Shown piece by piece: positions 36,514 to 48,335 of a DNA stretch of 64,000 nucleotides. The translations under genes were made by a program, and so were the position numbers. The notes below the pieces were generated by a model, which searched no databases, was not told the DNA's origin, and worked only from the letters and a program-made list of their open reading frames with translations. Source of the stretch: Squalus acanthias (Eukaryota); the NCBI GenBank assembly GCA_030390025.1, contig CM059432.1, positions 86,120,001 through 86,184,000 on the forward strand, written 5' to 3'. Numbering within the stretch: position 1 is the stretch's first letter; each line of letters begins with the position of its first letter.

Positions 36514-39500
36514 GGCCTAGAAATTGGGCTACTTACCACCACCCGTTTGCGCTGCTGTCCTGGCGAAAAATGGCGGCCGCCACTCTAGCTCCCTTCTCTG
36601 TCGTCGGACTTGGCAGCTGCCATTTTGGTGAGGGCCTTAGCGCTACCAATAGCAGCTCTGGCCCTGGAGATGTAAATGAAGAGAGTGTGACGTCAGTCAC
36701 GCTGACTTGATACCATGTCTGCGAACTTCGACCGTAGCTCTGAGTTTAGCGCTGGGTCCTAAGCTCGCTCTGAAAAGCGAGCATTCAGCAGACTGACAGA
36801 GATGCTGTCAGCACTTCTTAAAGGAACACACACATCTTTCAGGTAAGTTTGCATTTAAGATTTTCAACTGGATTCTTTTTATTGAAGTACTGGCTTGGTG
36901 CAAATACATGTTAAAAGTTTTTTAAACGTGCAGGGAGTGCTGCTGGACACTTGCAAGGCCTCGGATGGTCAAGGAAGACCTCTGAGAAGACAGAAAATGC
37001 TGGAAATACTCAGCAGGTCAGGCAGCATCCATGGAGAGACAGATAGAGTTCACGTCTCAAGTCGAGATGCTGCCTGACCTGCTGAGTATTTCCAGCATTT
37101 TATGCTTTTATTTCAAATTTACAGCATCCGCTCGCAGAGTGAAGAGGAAGACACAGAAGAGGAGGAAGCAGAAGAGAAGAAAGGATGCAACCCAGACAGC
37201 CCCTTTCTGGCTGGGATATCCAGGATGGAATCATCCGCCTGCAGTACCAGGGACCACAACCCCAATTCCCCTTTCAACAATTGTCCCACACCTTACCTTC
37301 CCTCTGTTACTGACTATCACGGCGTCCTCTTGGCCACAATGCTGAAATTAAAGCCACCACAAAGCAAACTTTCCAATCCAACTTTATACATATATCCATC
37401 CAATATGACATCAAGAAATCAACTCATCACCCTTATACATTCCCTTAGTGGCTGTCCTGTGTGTACCTTTGCCTATCTTACTGATGTCACGCAGAGCTAC
37501 CCCAGTGGCTGCAGCATGGCTGGTGGAAGGCTGCTGATTTTCAGTAGGGGACACTGCAAATGGCCTTGCTGGTTGACCTTGAGGAGCTGGTGGCTTGGTG
37601 TGAAATCGAGTGATGGTGTTTCTTCTTCTTCATCTTCTTCACACTCCTCTCCCTCTACTTGGTCAACCACTGGCTGGGTAGGCTGCACTTCCTGGGTGTG
37701 TGAAATGAGGAAGGCACAAGGATGGAGTTGTGGTGAGGGAATGACAGGAAAGCATGAGGTGCATGCGAGAAGGATGATAACGTATGAGGATACCAGCATC
37801 TTGTATCCTTTCAGCCCCGCCACTGACCAAGGGCTCAGCCATGCACCTGCCAAGAATGGCCAGCACCGTCTCCTCCAAGGGGGTGAGGTGAAACTAGGAA
37901 TAGGAGGTGTGCCTCATGTTTGGTACAGATTGATTGGTGAGTGATTGGGGGGGGTGGGGGGGGGGGGTAGGTGGTCGTGCATTGAGCAGTGTGTGAGGCT
38001 GGTGTAGTTGGAAGGAGACGGCTCTTGAAGATGCATTCACTGATCTTGACCACTGGTCTGAGGTCATGAAACTTCTTTGGGCACTGGAGCCAGTTGGTGG
38101 GGGCGCACTGCTGACAGTGACGGCCTTGGTGATCTTGTCCCACATCCTTCTTTCTGCAGGGCCTCCTGGCCCCTGTGCGTAGAAGACGTCTCTTGCAGTG
38201 TTGAGCCCCTGCACAAAGCTGGAGTGCTGCATGCAAGACCCTGGGTGCCCCTTCCCTGGCTTGCTAAGCCATTTGTGTTAGCGCTGAAGCACTTTTCCCA
38301 TTTTTTTAGGTGCAGAAGGGAAGTCAGCTTTAAGAGCTGAAGACTCCTATTTGGGAATTCTTGTTAATGTTAATTTTTTTTCAGAAGGCAGTTGAGCTGT
38401 AATGGCCAAAAACTGCCTGTTTTTATTTTTTCATTTCAGAAGGCAGTTCCCCTTTAAGAGACCGACACTGCTTTCTGAAATGACAGCCTCGCTTTCAGAG
38501 CAGGCTGCTCTTGCTGCAATGGCGCTATAGCTATGCTATATTGAGGCCTCCTACTGGGACGAACGCCACCAGGACGACGTTGCACAGTGAGTTTCATAAA
38601 ATCATAGACATTTACAGCACAGAAGGAGGCCGTTCGTCCCATCTTCTCCGTGTCGGCTGACAAAGAGCTATCCACCCTAATCCCACTTTCCAGCACTTGG
38701 TCCGTATCCTTGTAGGTTATGGCACTTCAAGTGCATATCCAAGTACTTTTTAAATGTGATGAGGGTCTCTGCCTCTACCACCCTTTCAGGCAGCGAGTTC
38801 CAGACCCCCACCACCTTCTGGGTGAAAACATTTCTCCTCAAATTCCCTCTAAACCTCCGACCAATTACATTAAATCTATGCCCCCTGGTTATTGACCCTT
38901 CTGCTAAGGGAAATAGGTCCTTCCTATCCATTCTATCTAGCCCCCTCATAATTTTATACACCTCAATTAGGTTTCCCCTCAGCCTCCTCTGTTGCAAAGA
39001 AAACAACCCCAGCCTATCCAATCTTTCCTCATAGCTAAAATTCCCCAGCCCAGGTAACATCCTCGTAAATCTCCTCTGCACCCCCTCTAGTACAATCACA
39101 TCCTTCCTGTAATGTGGTGACCAGAACTGCACGCAGTATTCTAGCTGCGGCCTAACTAGTGTTTTATACAGTTCAAGCATAACCTCCCTGCTCTTATATT
39201 TTATGCCTCAGCTAATAAAGGCAAGTATCCCGTATGCCTTCTTAACCACCTTAGATACCTGTCCTGCTACCTTCAGGGATCTGTGGACATGCACTCCAAG
39301 GTCCCTCTGATCTTCTGCTCTTCTCAGTGTCCTACCATTTATAGTGTATTACCTTGTCTTGTTAGCCCTCCCCAAATGCATTACCTCACACTTCTCCAGA
39401 TTGAATTCTATTTGCCACTGTTCTGCCCACCTGACCAGTCCATTGATATCTTCCTGCAGTCTGCAGCTTTCTTCTTCATTATCAACCACACGGCCAATTT

Positions 39501-39869
39501 TTGTATCATCTGCAAACTTCTTAATCATACTTCCTAAATTCAAGTCCAAATCATTGATCTATACCACAAAAAGCAAAGGACCCAGTACTGAGCTCTGCAG
39601 AACCCCACTGGAAACAGCCTTCCAGTCACAAAAACACCCTTCGACCATTACTGTTTGTTTCCTGCCTCTGAGCCAATTTTGGATCCAACTTGCCACTTTG
39701 CCTTGGATCCCATGGGCTTTTACTTTCGTGACCAGTTTAGCGCTGGGCTAATGTTTATTAGTCCCCAGTGCCAATTTTTCAGTCCTGCCAGCGCCACCAT
39801 TTTCGGCGGCCATTAACACCGGCCCACGGTGGCACGGCAGCTTTTGTGGCGTTCACGAATTTCTAGGCC
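36514..39869. mobile_element. Harbinger derivative (family A): transposase deleted, Myb/SANT pseudogene on -
   Basis: Perfect 12-bp TIR GGCCTAGAAATT; flanks ACA/ACT; SANT remnant ..MWDKITKAVT..WLQCPKKFHDLRPVVK at ~38040-38260. Confidence 0.85.
38595..39735 (-). mobile_element. CR1 LINE 3' fragment nested in the Harbinger element
   Basis: KFADD motif, 167-aa C-terminal ORF, tail at ~38595; AGTTT at both junctions. Confidence 0.92.
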
Positions 39870-39984
39870 ACTGACTTTTGATACTGTCACTGTCAGCTGC
39901 AAGGCAATCTAGCTCTCTACTATGGTGGAGTTCCAACACTACCCACAACAAACATTTGGGTGAAGCGACTGTTCAAATGAGTGA

Positions 39985-40627
39985 TCATAGAATCAAAGAA
40001 TGATACAGCACAGGAGGAGGTTATTTGGCCATCGTGCTTGTGCCGGCTCTTTGGTAGAGCTATTCAATTAATCCCACTCTCCTGCTCTTTCCCTATAGCC
40101 CTGTAATTTTTTTTCCTTTCAAGTATTTATCCAATTCTCTTTTGAATGTTACTATTAAATGTTACTATTGAATCTGCTTCCCCCACCCTTTCAGGCAGTG
40201 CATTCCAGATCACAACAACTCACTGTGTAAAAAAATAGTTTCCTCACGTCACCTCTGGTTCTTTCATCAATCACCTTAAATCTGTCTTCTGGTTACTGAC
40301 CCTTCTGCCACTGGAAACAGTTTCTCCATATTTACTCTATCACAACTTTTCATGATTTTGAACACCTCTATCAAATCTCCTCAACCTTCTACGCTCTAAG
40401 GAGGCTAACGCCATCTTCTCCGGTCTGTCCACATAATTGAAGTCAGTCATCCCTGTTACTATTCTAGTAAATCTCTTCTGCACCCACTCTTGACATCCTT
40501 CCTAAAGTGGGGTGCCCAGATTGAACACAATACTCCAGCTGAGGTCTAACTAGTGTTTTATAAAGGTTTAGCATAAGTTCCTTGCTTTTGTACTCTATTC
40601 CTCTATTAATAAGGCCAGGATCCCATA
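39985..40627 (-). mobile_element. CR1 3' fragment
   Basis: [29 protein letters not shown]1 3'UTR with (ttctatga) tail. Confidence 0.85.
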
Positions 40628-40802
40628 CAATGTTCCCTCGAAGAGGCGCAGTGTCTGTGAGGTCCCGTGCAGGCCGCTCACCGGCTTTTGCATTGTAAAA
40701 ACTGCACATACTGTACTTTCTATATTCAGCTTGGTTCTCTACTGTATTATGAACTTCACAATTGTCATATGCCTCCTTTTTCTGTCTCATTTTAACCTCT
40801 AT

Positions 40803-43747
40803 GGGCTATAAACTCAGGGGCTTAATGCCACCTGTTACCGGCAAAAAATGATGAAAGAGGGCGGTCGCCGCTCTTTCGCCAGCTGGAGGCGAGTCCCGTG
40901 GTGTCCTCCATTTTGCTCCTCTCAGTAGCACTGCCGGTAAGTATTAGTGCCCTGAAACGCCGACTTAACGTCACCACTTTGACCCTAGTGCGGAGTTCAG
41001 CACTGGATTATAACCACGTCAGGGAAACCCAGCGTGTAAAGAGACTGACAGTGGCGCTATCAGCACCTCTTTAAAGAGACACACACCTTTTTCAGGTAAG
41101 TTTGCATTTAAGCTTTTGGACTGGGTTTTTTTGATTTTATTGAAGTAGTGGCTTGCTGAAATAGATGTTAAAATATTTTTAAGTGTGTAGGGAGTGCTGC
41201 TGGACACTTGCAAGGGCTCGGATGGTCAAGGACAACCTCTGAGAAAACAGAAAATGCTGCAAATACTCAACAGGTCAGGCAACATCCGTGAAGGGAGAAA
41301 CAGAGTTTGCATCTCAGGTCAAGATGCTGCCTGAGCTGCTGAGTATTTCCAGCATTTTATGCTGGCATTTCACATTTACAGCATCCGCTCGCAGAGGGAA
41401 GAGGAAGACACTGAAGAGGAAGAAGCAGAAGAGGATGAAGCCAAAGAGGGGGAAGCAGAAGAGGAGGAAGCAGAAGGAAGGATGCATCCCAGCCAGCCTC
41501 TTTGTGGCAGGGGCATCCCAGCTGGAATCATCTGCCTGAGGTTCCAGTGACCACAACCCCAATTCCCCTTTCAATATTAGTCCCACACCTTACTTTCCCT
41601 GTTTTTTTTTAAAATTCGTTTTTATGGGATGTGGGTGTCACTGGCAAGGCCATCATTTATTGCCCATCCCTAATTGCCCTTGAGAAGGTGGTGGTGAGCT
41701 GCCTTCTTGAACCCCTGCAGTCCGTGTGGTGAAGGTACTCCCACAGTGCTGTTAGGGAGGGAGTGCCAGGATTTTGACCCAGCGACAATGAAGGATCGGC
41801 GCTATACTTCTAAGTCAGGATGGTGTGTGACTTGGAGGGGAACTTGGAGGTAATGGTGTTCCCATGCGCCTGCTGCCCTTGTCCTTCTAGGTGGAAGAGG
41901 TCACGGGTTTGGAAGGTGCTGCCGAAGAAACCTTGGTGAGTTGCTGCAGTGCATCTTGTAGATGGTACACACTGCAGCCACGGTATGCCGGTAGTGGAGG
42001 GAGTGAATGTTTAAGGTGGTGGATGGGGTGCCAATCAAGCGGGCTGCTTTGTCCTGGATGGTGTCGAACTTCTTGAGTATTGTTGGAGCTGCACTCATCC
42101 AGGCAAGTGGAGAGTATTCCATCACACTCCTTACTTGCGCCTTGTAGATGGTGGAAAGGCTTTGGGGAGTCAGGAGATGAGACACTCGCCACAGAATACC
42201 TAGCCTCTGACTTGCTCTTGTTGCCACAGTATTTATGTGGCTGGTCCAGTTAAGTTTCTGGTCAATGGTGACCCCCAGGATGTTGATGTTGGGGGATTCG
42301 GTGATGGTAATGCCGTTGAAGGTCAAGGGGCAGTGGTTAGACTCTCGCTTGTTGGAGATAGTCATTGCCTGGCACTTGTGTGGCGCGAATGTTACCTGTC
42401 ATCTATCAGCCCAAGCCTGAATGTCATCCAGGTCTTGTTGCATGCAGGGTATAGACTGCTTCATTATCTGAGGAGTTGTGAATGGCGCTGAACACTGTGC
42501 AGTCATCAGCCAACATCCCCATTTCTGACCTTATGTTGGAGGGAAGGTCATTGATGAAGCAGCTGAAGATGGTTGGGCCTAGGACACTGCCCTGAGGAAC
42601 TCCTGCAGCGATGTCCTGGGGCTGTTATGATTGACCTTCAACCACCACAATCATCTTCCTGAAATAAAAGCCACCACAAAGCAAAATTTCTAATCCAACT
42701 TTATACATCTATTCATCCAATATGACATCAAAAAATCAACTCATCACCCTTATGCATTCCCTTAGTGACTGTCTTCTGTGTACCTTTGCCTATCCTACTG
42801 ATGTCACACAGTGCTACCCCAGTGGCTGCAGCATGGCTGGTGGAAGGCTGCTGACTTTCAGTGGGGGACACTGCAAATGGCCTTGCTGGTCAACCTTGAG
42901 GAGCTGCTGGCTGGGAGTGTTAAATCAATCATCTTCTTGTTCTTCTTCACTCTCCTCTCCCTCTTCTTGGTCACTCACTGGCTAGGCAGGCTGCATTTCC
43001 TGGGTGTGTGAAATGTGGAAGGCACAAGGGTGCAGTTGTGGAGGGGGGAGGGAAGCAAGAGGTGCATGTGAAAAGGAGGATAACATATGAGGATACAAGC
43101 ATCTTGTATCCTTTCAGCCCTGCTGCTGGCCAAGGGCTCAGCTATATGCCCCTGCCAAGAATGGCCTGCCCACATCGTTCTTTCTGGAGGGCCTCCTGGT
43201 CCCTGTGGGTCGAAGACCTCACTTGCAGTGTTGACCCCCTGCACAAAGCTGGAGTGCTGCATGCGAAACCTTGGATGCCCCTTCCCTGGCTTGCTGAGCC
43301 ATTTGTGTTCATGCTGAAGCACTTTTACAAATTTTTTAGGTGTGGAAGATAATTCAGCATTAAGAGCTGAAGACTTCCATTTGGGAATTATTTTTAATGG
43401 ATTTTTTTTTGAAAGACAGTAAAGGCTGAAAGATGCATTTGTTCACTGATTTTAATTTTTTATTAGTTTTGAATGCATTGCCCCTTTAATTCATATACCC
43501 TTTAATTGTCCACAATTCCTTGCGAACTCCACAGCCTCTCTCCCAGAGGCTGTAAGAAGCAGCAACGCCGACTATGGACAGGAACTTCGGGTCAGAGGCC
43601 TCCATTAACGCCACCAGGAGGGCGTTGCACAGTAAGTTAGCACTGTGATTCACATCGCCAACCCCCAGAGCCAGTTTTTCTACAGAAGCACTGCGGCCAC
43701 TTTTGGCAGCCGTTAACTTGAGTTGCCGGTGCACAAATTTTTCCCCC
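40803..43747. mobile_element. Harbinger derivative (family A), third copy
   Basis: TSD TAT within a CR1; imperfect TIRs GGGCTATAAACT / AAATTTTTCCCCC; colinear with 36514-39869. Confidence 0.85.
41602..42660 (-). mobile_element. Jockey/CR1-group LINE 3' fragment nested in Harbinger
   Basis: [39 protein letters not shown]; poly-A tail at ~41602. Confidence 0.88.
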
Positions 43748-46700
43748 TATATCTTTAGTCACCCAGGGAGCTCTAGCTTTGGATGCCCTTCCTTTTCCCC
43801 CTTATAGGAATGTATCTACTGTGTAGTCAAACCATCGCCTCTTTGAAGGCCTCCCATTGTTCAATTACTGTTTTGCCTACCAATTTTTGATTCCAATCCA
43901 CTTGAGCCAGATCCCTTTTCAACTCACTGAAATTAGCCCTCCTCCAGTTGAATATTTTCACATTTAATTCTTCCTTTTCCATAACTACTCTAACTAAACC
44001 TAATGATATTGTGATTACTTTTTTGCCAAATGCTCTCCCACTGAAACATACTCCATTTGCCCCACTTCATTCCCCAGAACTAGATCCAGCACTGCTTCCT
44101 TCCTCGTTGGGCTGGAAACATACTGATCAAGAAAGTTCTCTTGTACATATTTCAGGAATTTCTCCCCCTCTTTGCCCTTTACATTGTTACCTGCCCAGTC
44201 TATATTAGGATAATTGAAGTCATCCATTATCACTACTCTGTAGTTCTTGCATCTTTCTGTAATTTGCCTGCAAATTTTCTCCTCTATTTCCTTCCCACTA
44301 CTTGGTGTCCTAGTAGCATAATAGCTCCTCTATTGTTCCTTAATTCTAACCAAATAGACTCTGTCTTTGGCCCTTCAACTACGTTATCGCTCTCCAGTGC
44401 TACAATAGTTTCTTTGATCAATACTGCCACCCCCTCATTTCTTCCTCTCCTATTTTTCCTGAATACCTTGTAGCCAGGAATATTAAGCTCCCAGTCCTCC
44501 TCTTCTTTGAGCCAGGTCTCTGTTATTGCCACTATATCATAGTCCCATGTGGCGACTTGTGCCTGCAGCTTACCAACCTTATTTACCACGCTTTGTGTAT
44601 TTACGTACATGCACTCCAAGCCCACCTTAGACGGCTTTGCATTTGCTCTCTGTCTGATCCCTCCTATTTCTAAACTATTCTTTACTCTAGTTATTTGCCT
44701 TTCCCAGTCCTCTGTGCACCTTGTTTCTCCTCTCTAATGTTTCATCCTGGTGCCCATCCCCCTGCCAAATTAGTTTAAACCCTCCCCCACAGTACTAGTT
44801 AACCTCCCCATGAGGCCATTGGTCCCAGCTCTGTTGAGGTGCAACCCGTCCACCTTGAACAGGTTCCTCCTGCCCCAGAACTGGTCCCAATGCCCCACAA
44901 ATTGGAAGCCATCCCTCCTGCACCATTTCACCAGCCACGCATTAACCTGTTTTATCCTACCATTCCTACTCACTAGTGCGTGGCACTGGTAGTAATCCAG
45001 AGATTACTACCTTTGAGGTCCTGCTTTTTAACTTCCTCCCTAGCCCTTGAAACTCTGACTGCAGGACCTCAACCCTTTTCCTTCCTATGTCATTGGTTCC
45101 TTCATGGACCATGACTTCTGGCTGTTCCCTTTCCCCCTCAAAATGTTTTGCACCCTCAGTTATTTCCTTTACCCTGGCACCAGGGAGGCAACACACCATG
45201 CGGGACTAACGTCGGCAGTTCAAATAATGCCGGTCTATCCCCTTGACTATCGAATCCACCATGACCACTGCATTTCTACACTTTTCTGTGCCCCCGGTGC
45301 AGTCATTTGCCCCACAGTGCTGTGGATGTGCTCCAGGCTGCACTCCCCCAAGGTGTTGTTACCCTCACTAGTATTCAGCGCTGAAAACCGGACTTATGAA
45401 CTCCGATGTATGAACTCCACCATGAATTCAGGAAAAATTAGGAAATTTGGAACCAATTCCTGGAAGCTCACATAAAACAAACACCTCCCACATTCCTCAA
45501 GAAAGTCAAAGTGGGATGAAACACCTCCTGTCCTCCAATGCTGAATGTTAGAAAGCCCACCATCATATTTGCAAGGCCCTTGTGAAGCTTCTCTGACCAA
45601 CGGCAAATCATCCTGAACCTCAGCAGTAAAGTGCTGCAACCTTGAAAGAACTGCAATGACAAAAATGTATTTCAGAAACACACTGCTCTGGCCTGTAAAC
45701 AGGATAGCTAACCGTGTTGTGATTCAGCATATCCACAATAGTCTGCTGGTGATGCTTGTAGCTGCCTAGTTGCTTCCCAAACTACTTGCCAGAAAATCTT
45801 TTCCCATTAAAGGACACCTGAAACATCTTGGTCTGCAGTCTATACTGAAGCCAGAAATCCTCAGTAAAGCACAATCGCTGACAACTATGCTCTAATCTAG
45901 AACATCCACTGCGGCCTGTCATTGTAATGAAGGGATCTGAAGGAAGTATTCACAAATGATGGTTCAACTGTATCTTCCACAGAAAAGTTCTGGGAAGCCT
46001 GCTGATGACAGAATCATACTCAATAGATATTTTTGGCAGGCTACTGTCCTGAACAAAATATGCCAATCACAAATGTCCAGCTATTTGAATTCTTCATTTG
46101 GCAGCTCAGACTTCATATCCTGGGCAGTTACCATGTCTTATTTGCACCTGGTAATACATCAGCTACTATTAAGGGATATAAATTGGCATGAGGCTCTATA
46201 CAAGCAATCCATGTTGGCCACAATCAGCAACTGCTAGTAAACATCCCTCCAAATCCTTATGGCTGTAATGCACAGAAGAAACTCAAGGATGAAATTGGCA
46301 AAAGTTAATGGCTTTTTGCAAGTTTTAGAGCAAAGGCTCCACACCAGGCGCAGACACTTCAGGGAATACCATTTTCAAAGTTTGGCTTACTTATGGCACA
46401 AACCCATTAAATGTTCTGCTTGATAGGTTGAGCAGAGGCCCAGGTAGTTAGCTATGGACCTCGTCTTTTTCTTCTGAATCAGACCAGGAATCAAACTACC
46501 TGATCTGTGGCTTAATACTACACAAGGCAATACATTTACTTGCTGAGCCACAAGGTGAGCCCTACCATGGAGTGTTTTAACATACTTTTATCCCCATTGT
46601 AAGTTCAAATTGAAGATATGCTATCTGGGGAAACTGCTGAGCAGAAATAAGTTACTTCTGAGGGGAGCAAGAATCTGAAAATGAACCAACCAATTATTTT

Positions 46701-47122
46701 ACATCTCATAGCAGCTGTTGCGACTGTAGCATTAATAGGGCCTAACAGTCTGTGTTTGCTGCCTTCATCATATAAATGCAGATTGGTTTGTGGCATCAGT
46801 ACCTAGTGTGGTGCCGGAGGACTGGCGGATAGCCAACATTATACCTATATTTAAGAAGGGTGATAGAACATGTCCAGGGAACTATAGACCAATCAGCTTA
46901 ACATCAGTAGTAGGAAAGATAATGGAATCCCTACTAAAAGAGAAAATAGAAAAACATCTAGAAACCAAAAATATAATAATGAATAGCATGGATTTTAAAA
47001 GGGAAAGTCTTGCTTAAACAACCTCATTGAATTCTTTGAAGAGGTAACAGAGCAAGTAGACAAGGGTAATGTAGTAGATGTAATATATCTAGATTTCCAA
47101 CAGTCCTTCGATAAGGTACCAC

Positions 47123-47253
47123 CAATGTTCCCTCCCATACAGCGCGGGACCGGCTTTCTCGATGTTAAATTTTGTGCATGCGTGAAACTGTAAATGGGCC
47201 ACGCAACCCCTTAAAGGGGCTGCGCACCCAAAAATAAATTAAGGGGAACATTA
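47123..47253. mobile_element. 131-bp hAT MITE
   Basis: TIRs CAATGTTCCC / GGGAACATTA; perfect 8-bp TSD GGTACCAC; related partial copy from 40628. Confidence 0.9.
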
Positions 47254-48335
47254 GGTACCACATAATAGACTAATGAATAAGGTCAGAGCATGTGGAGTCA
47301 GTTGACAGTAGCAGAATGGATAGCCAGCCGGCTGCAAGAGTGTAGGAGTAAAGGGTAGCTATTTCAGAGTGGCAGAAGGTGGAAAGTGGGGTCCCACAAG
47401 GATCAGTGCTGGGACCACTGTTGTTCATAATTTATATTAACGATTTAGACTTTAGAATCAAAAACACAATTTCTAAATTTGCAGATGACACCAAATTGGG
47501 TGGGTAGTCAATACTGAGGAGGATTGCAACAAATTACAAGAATACATTAATAAACTTGCAAATGAATTTCAACATAGATAAGTCTGAGGTATTGAATTTT
47601 GTAAAGAAAAATAAGGTGGTCACATATTACTTGGAAAATAAGAACCTAAATGAGGTAGAGGAGCAAAGGGATCTGGAAGTACAAATACACAAATCATTAA
47701 AAAAACAACTTCTATTTATATAGCGCCATTAACGCATTACAACACCTTAAGGCGCTTCACAGAAGCGTTATCAAACAAAATTTGACACTGAGCCACATAA
47801 GGAGATATTAGGGTGCTTGGTCAAAGAATTAGGTGTTAAGGAGCGTCTTAAAGGAGGAAAGAGGTGGAGAGGTTTAGGGAGGGAATTCCAGAGCTTAGGG
47901 CCTGGCAGCTGTAGGCACGGCTGTCAAAGTGGGATGAGCAAAAACCCAGATTTAGAGGAGTGCAGATATCTGAGGGTTGTAGGGCTGGAGGAGATTACAG
48001 AGATAGGGAGGGGCGAGGCCATGGCAGAATTTGAAAACAAGAATGAGAATTTTAAAAGCGAGTCATTGCTTAACTGGGAGCCAATGTAGGTCAGCGAGCA
48101 CAGGGGTGATGGGTGAATGGGACTTGGTGTGAGATAGGACACGGGCAGCAGAGTTGGATGACCTCAAGTTTACGGAGGGTGGGAGATGGGAGACTGGCCA
48201 GGAGTGCGTTGGAATAGTCAAGTCTAGAGGTAACAAAGGCATGGATGAGGGTTTCAGAAGCAGATGAGCTGAGGCAGGGAGTTGGCGATGTTACGGAGGT
48301 GGAATAGGCGGTCTTAGTGATGGTGCAGATATGTG

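Larger units (their letters stand above)
40711..45390 (-). mobile_element. CR1 5' portion (ORF1 esterase + ORF2 endonuclease), split by Harbinger 40803-43747
   Basis: SGNH/esterase motifs CCLPGA..HEGTNDIG..DGLHLN; APE motifs AITETWL, LDLVLGN; sequence continuous across the TAT TSD. Confidence 0.85.
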
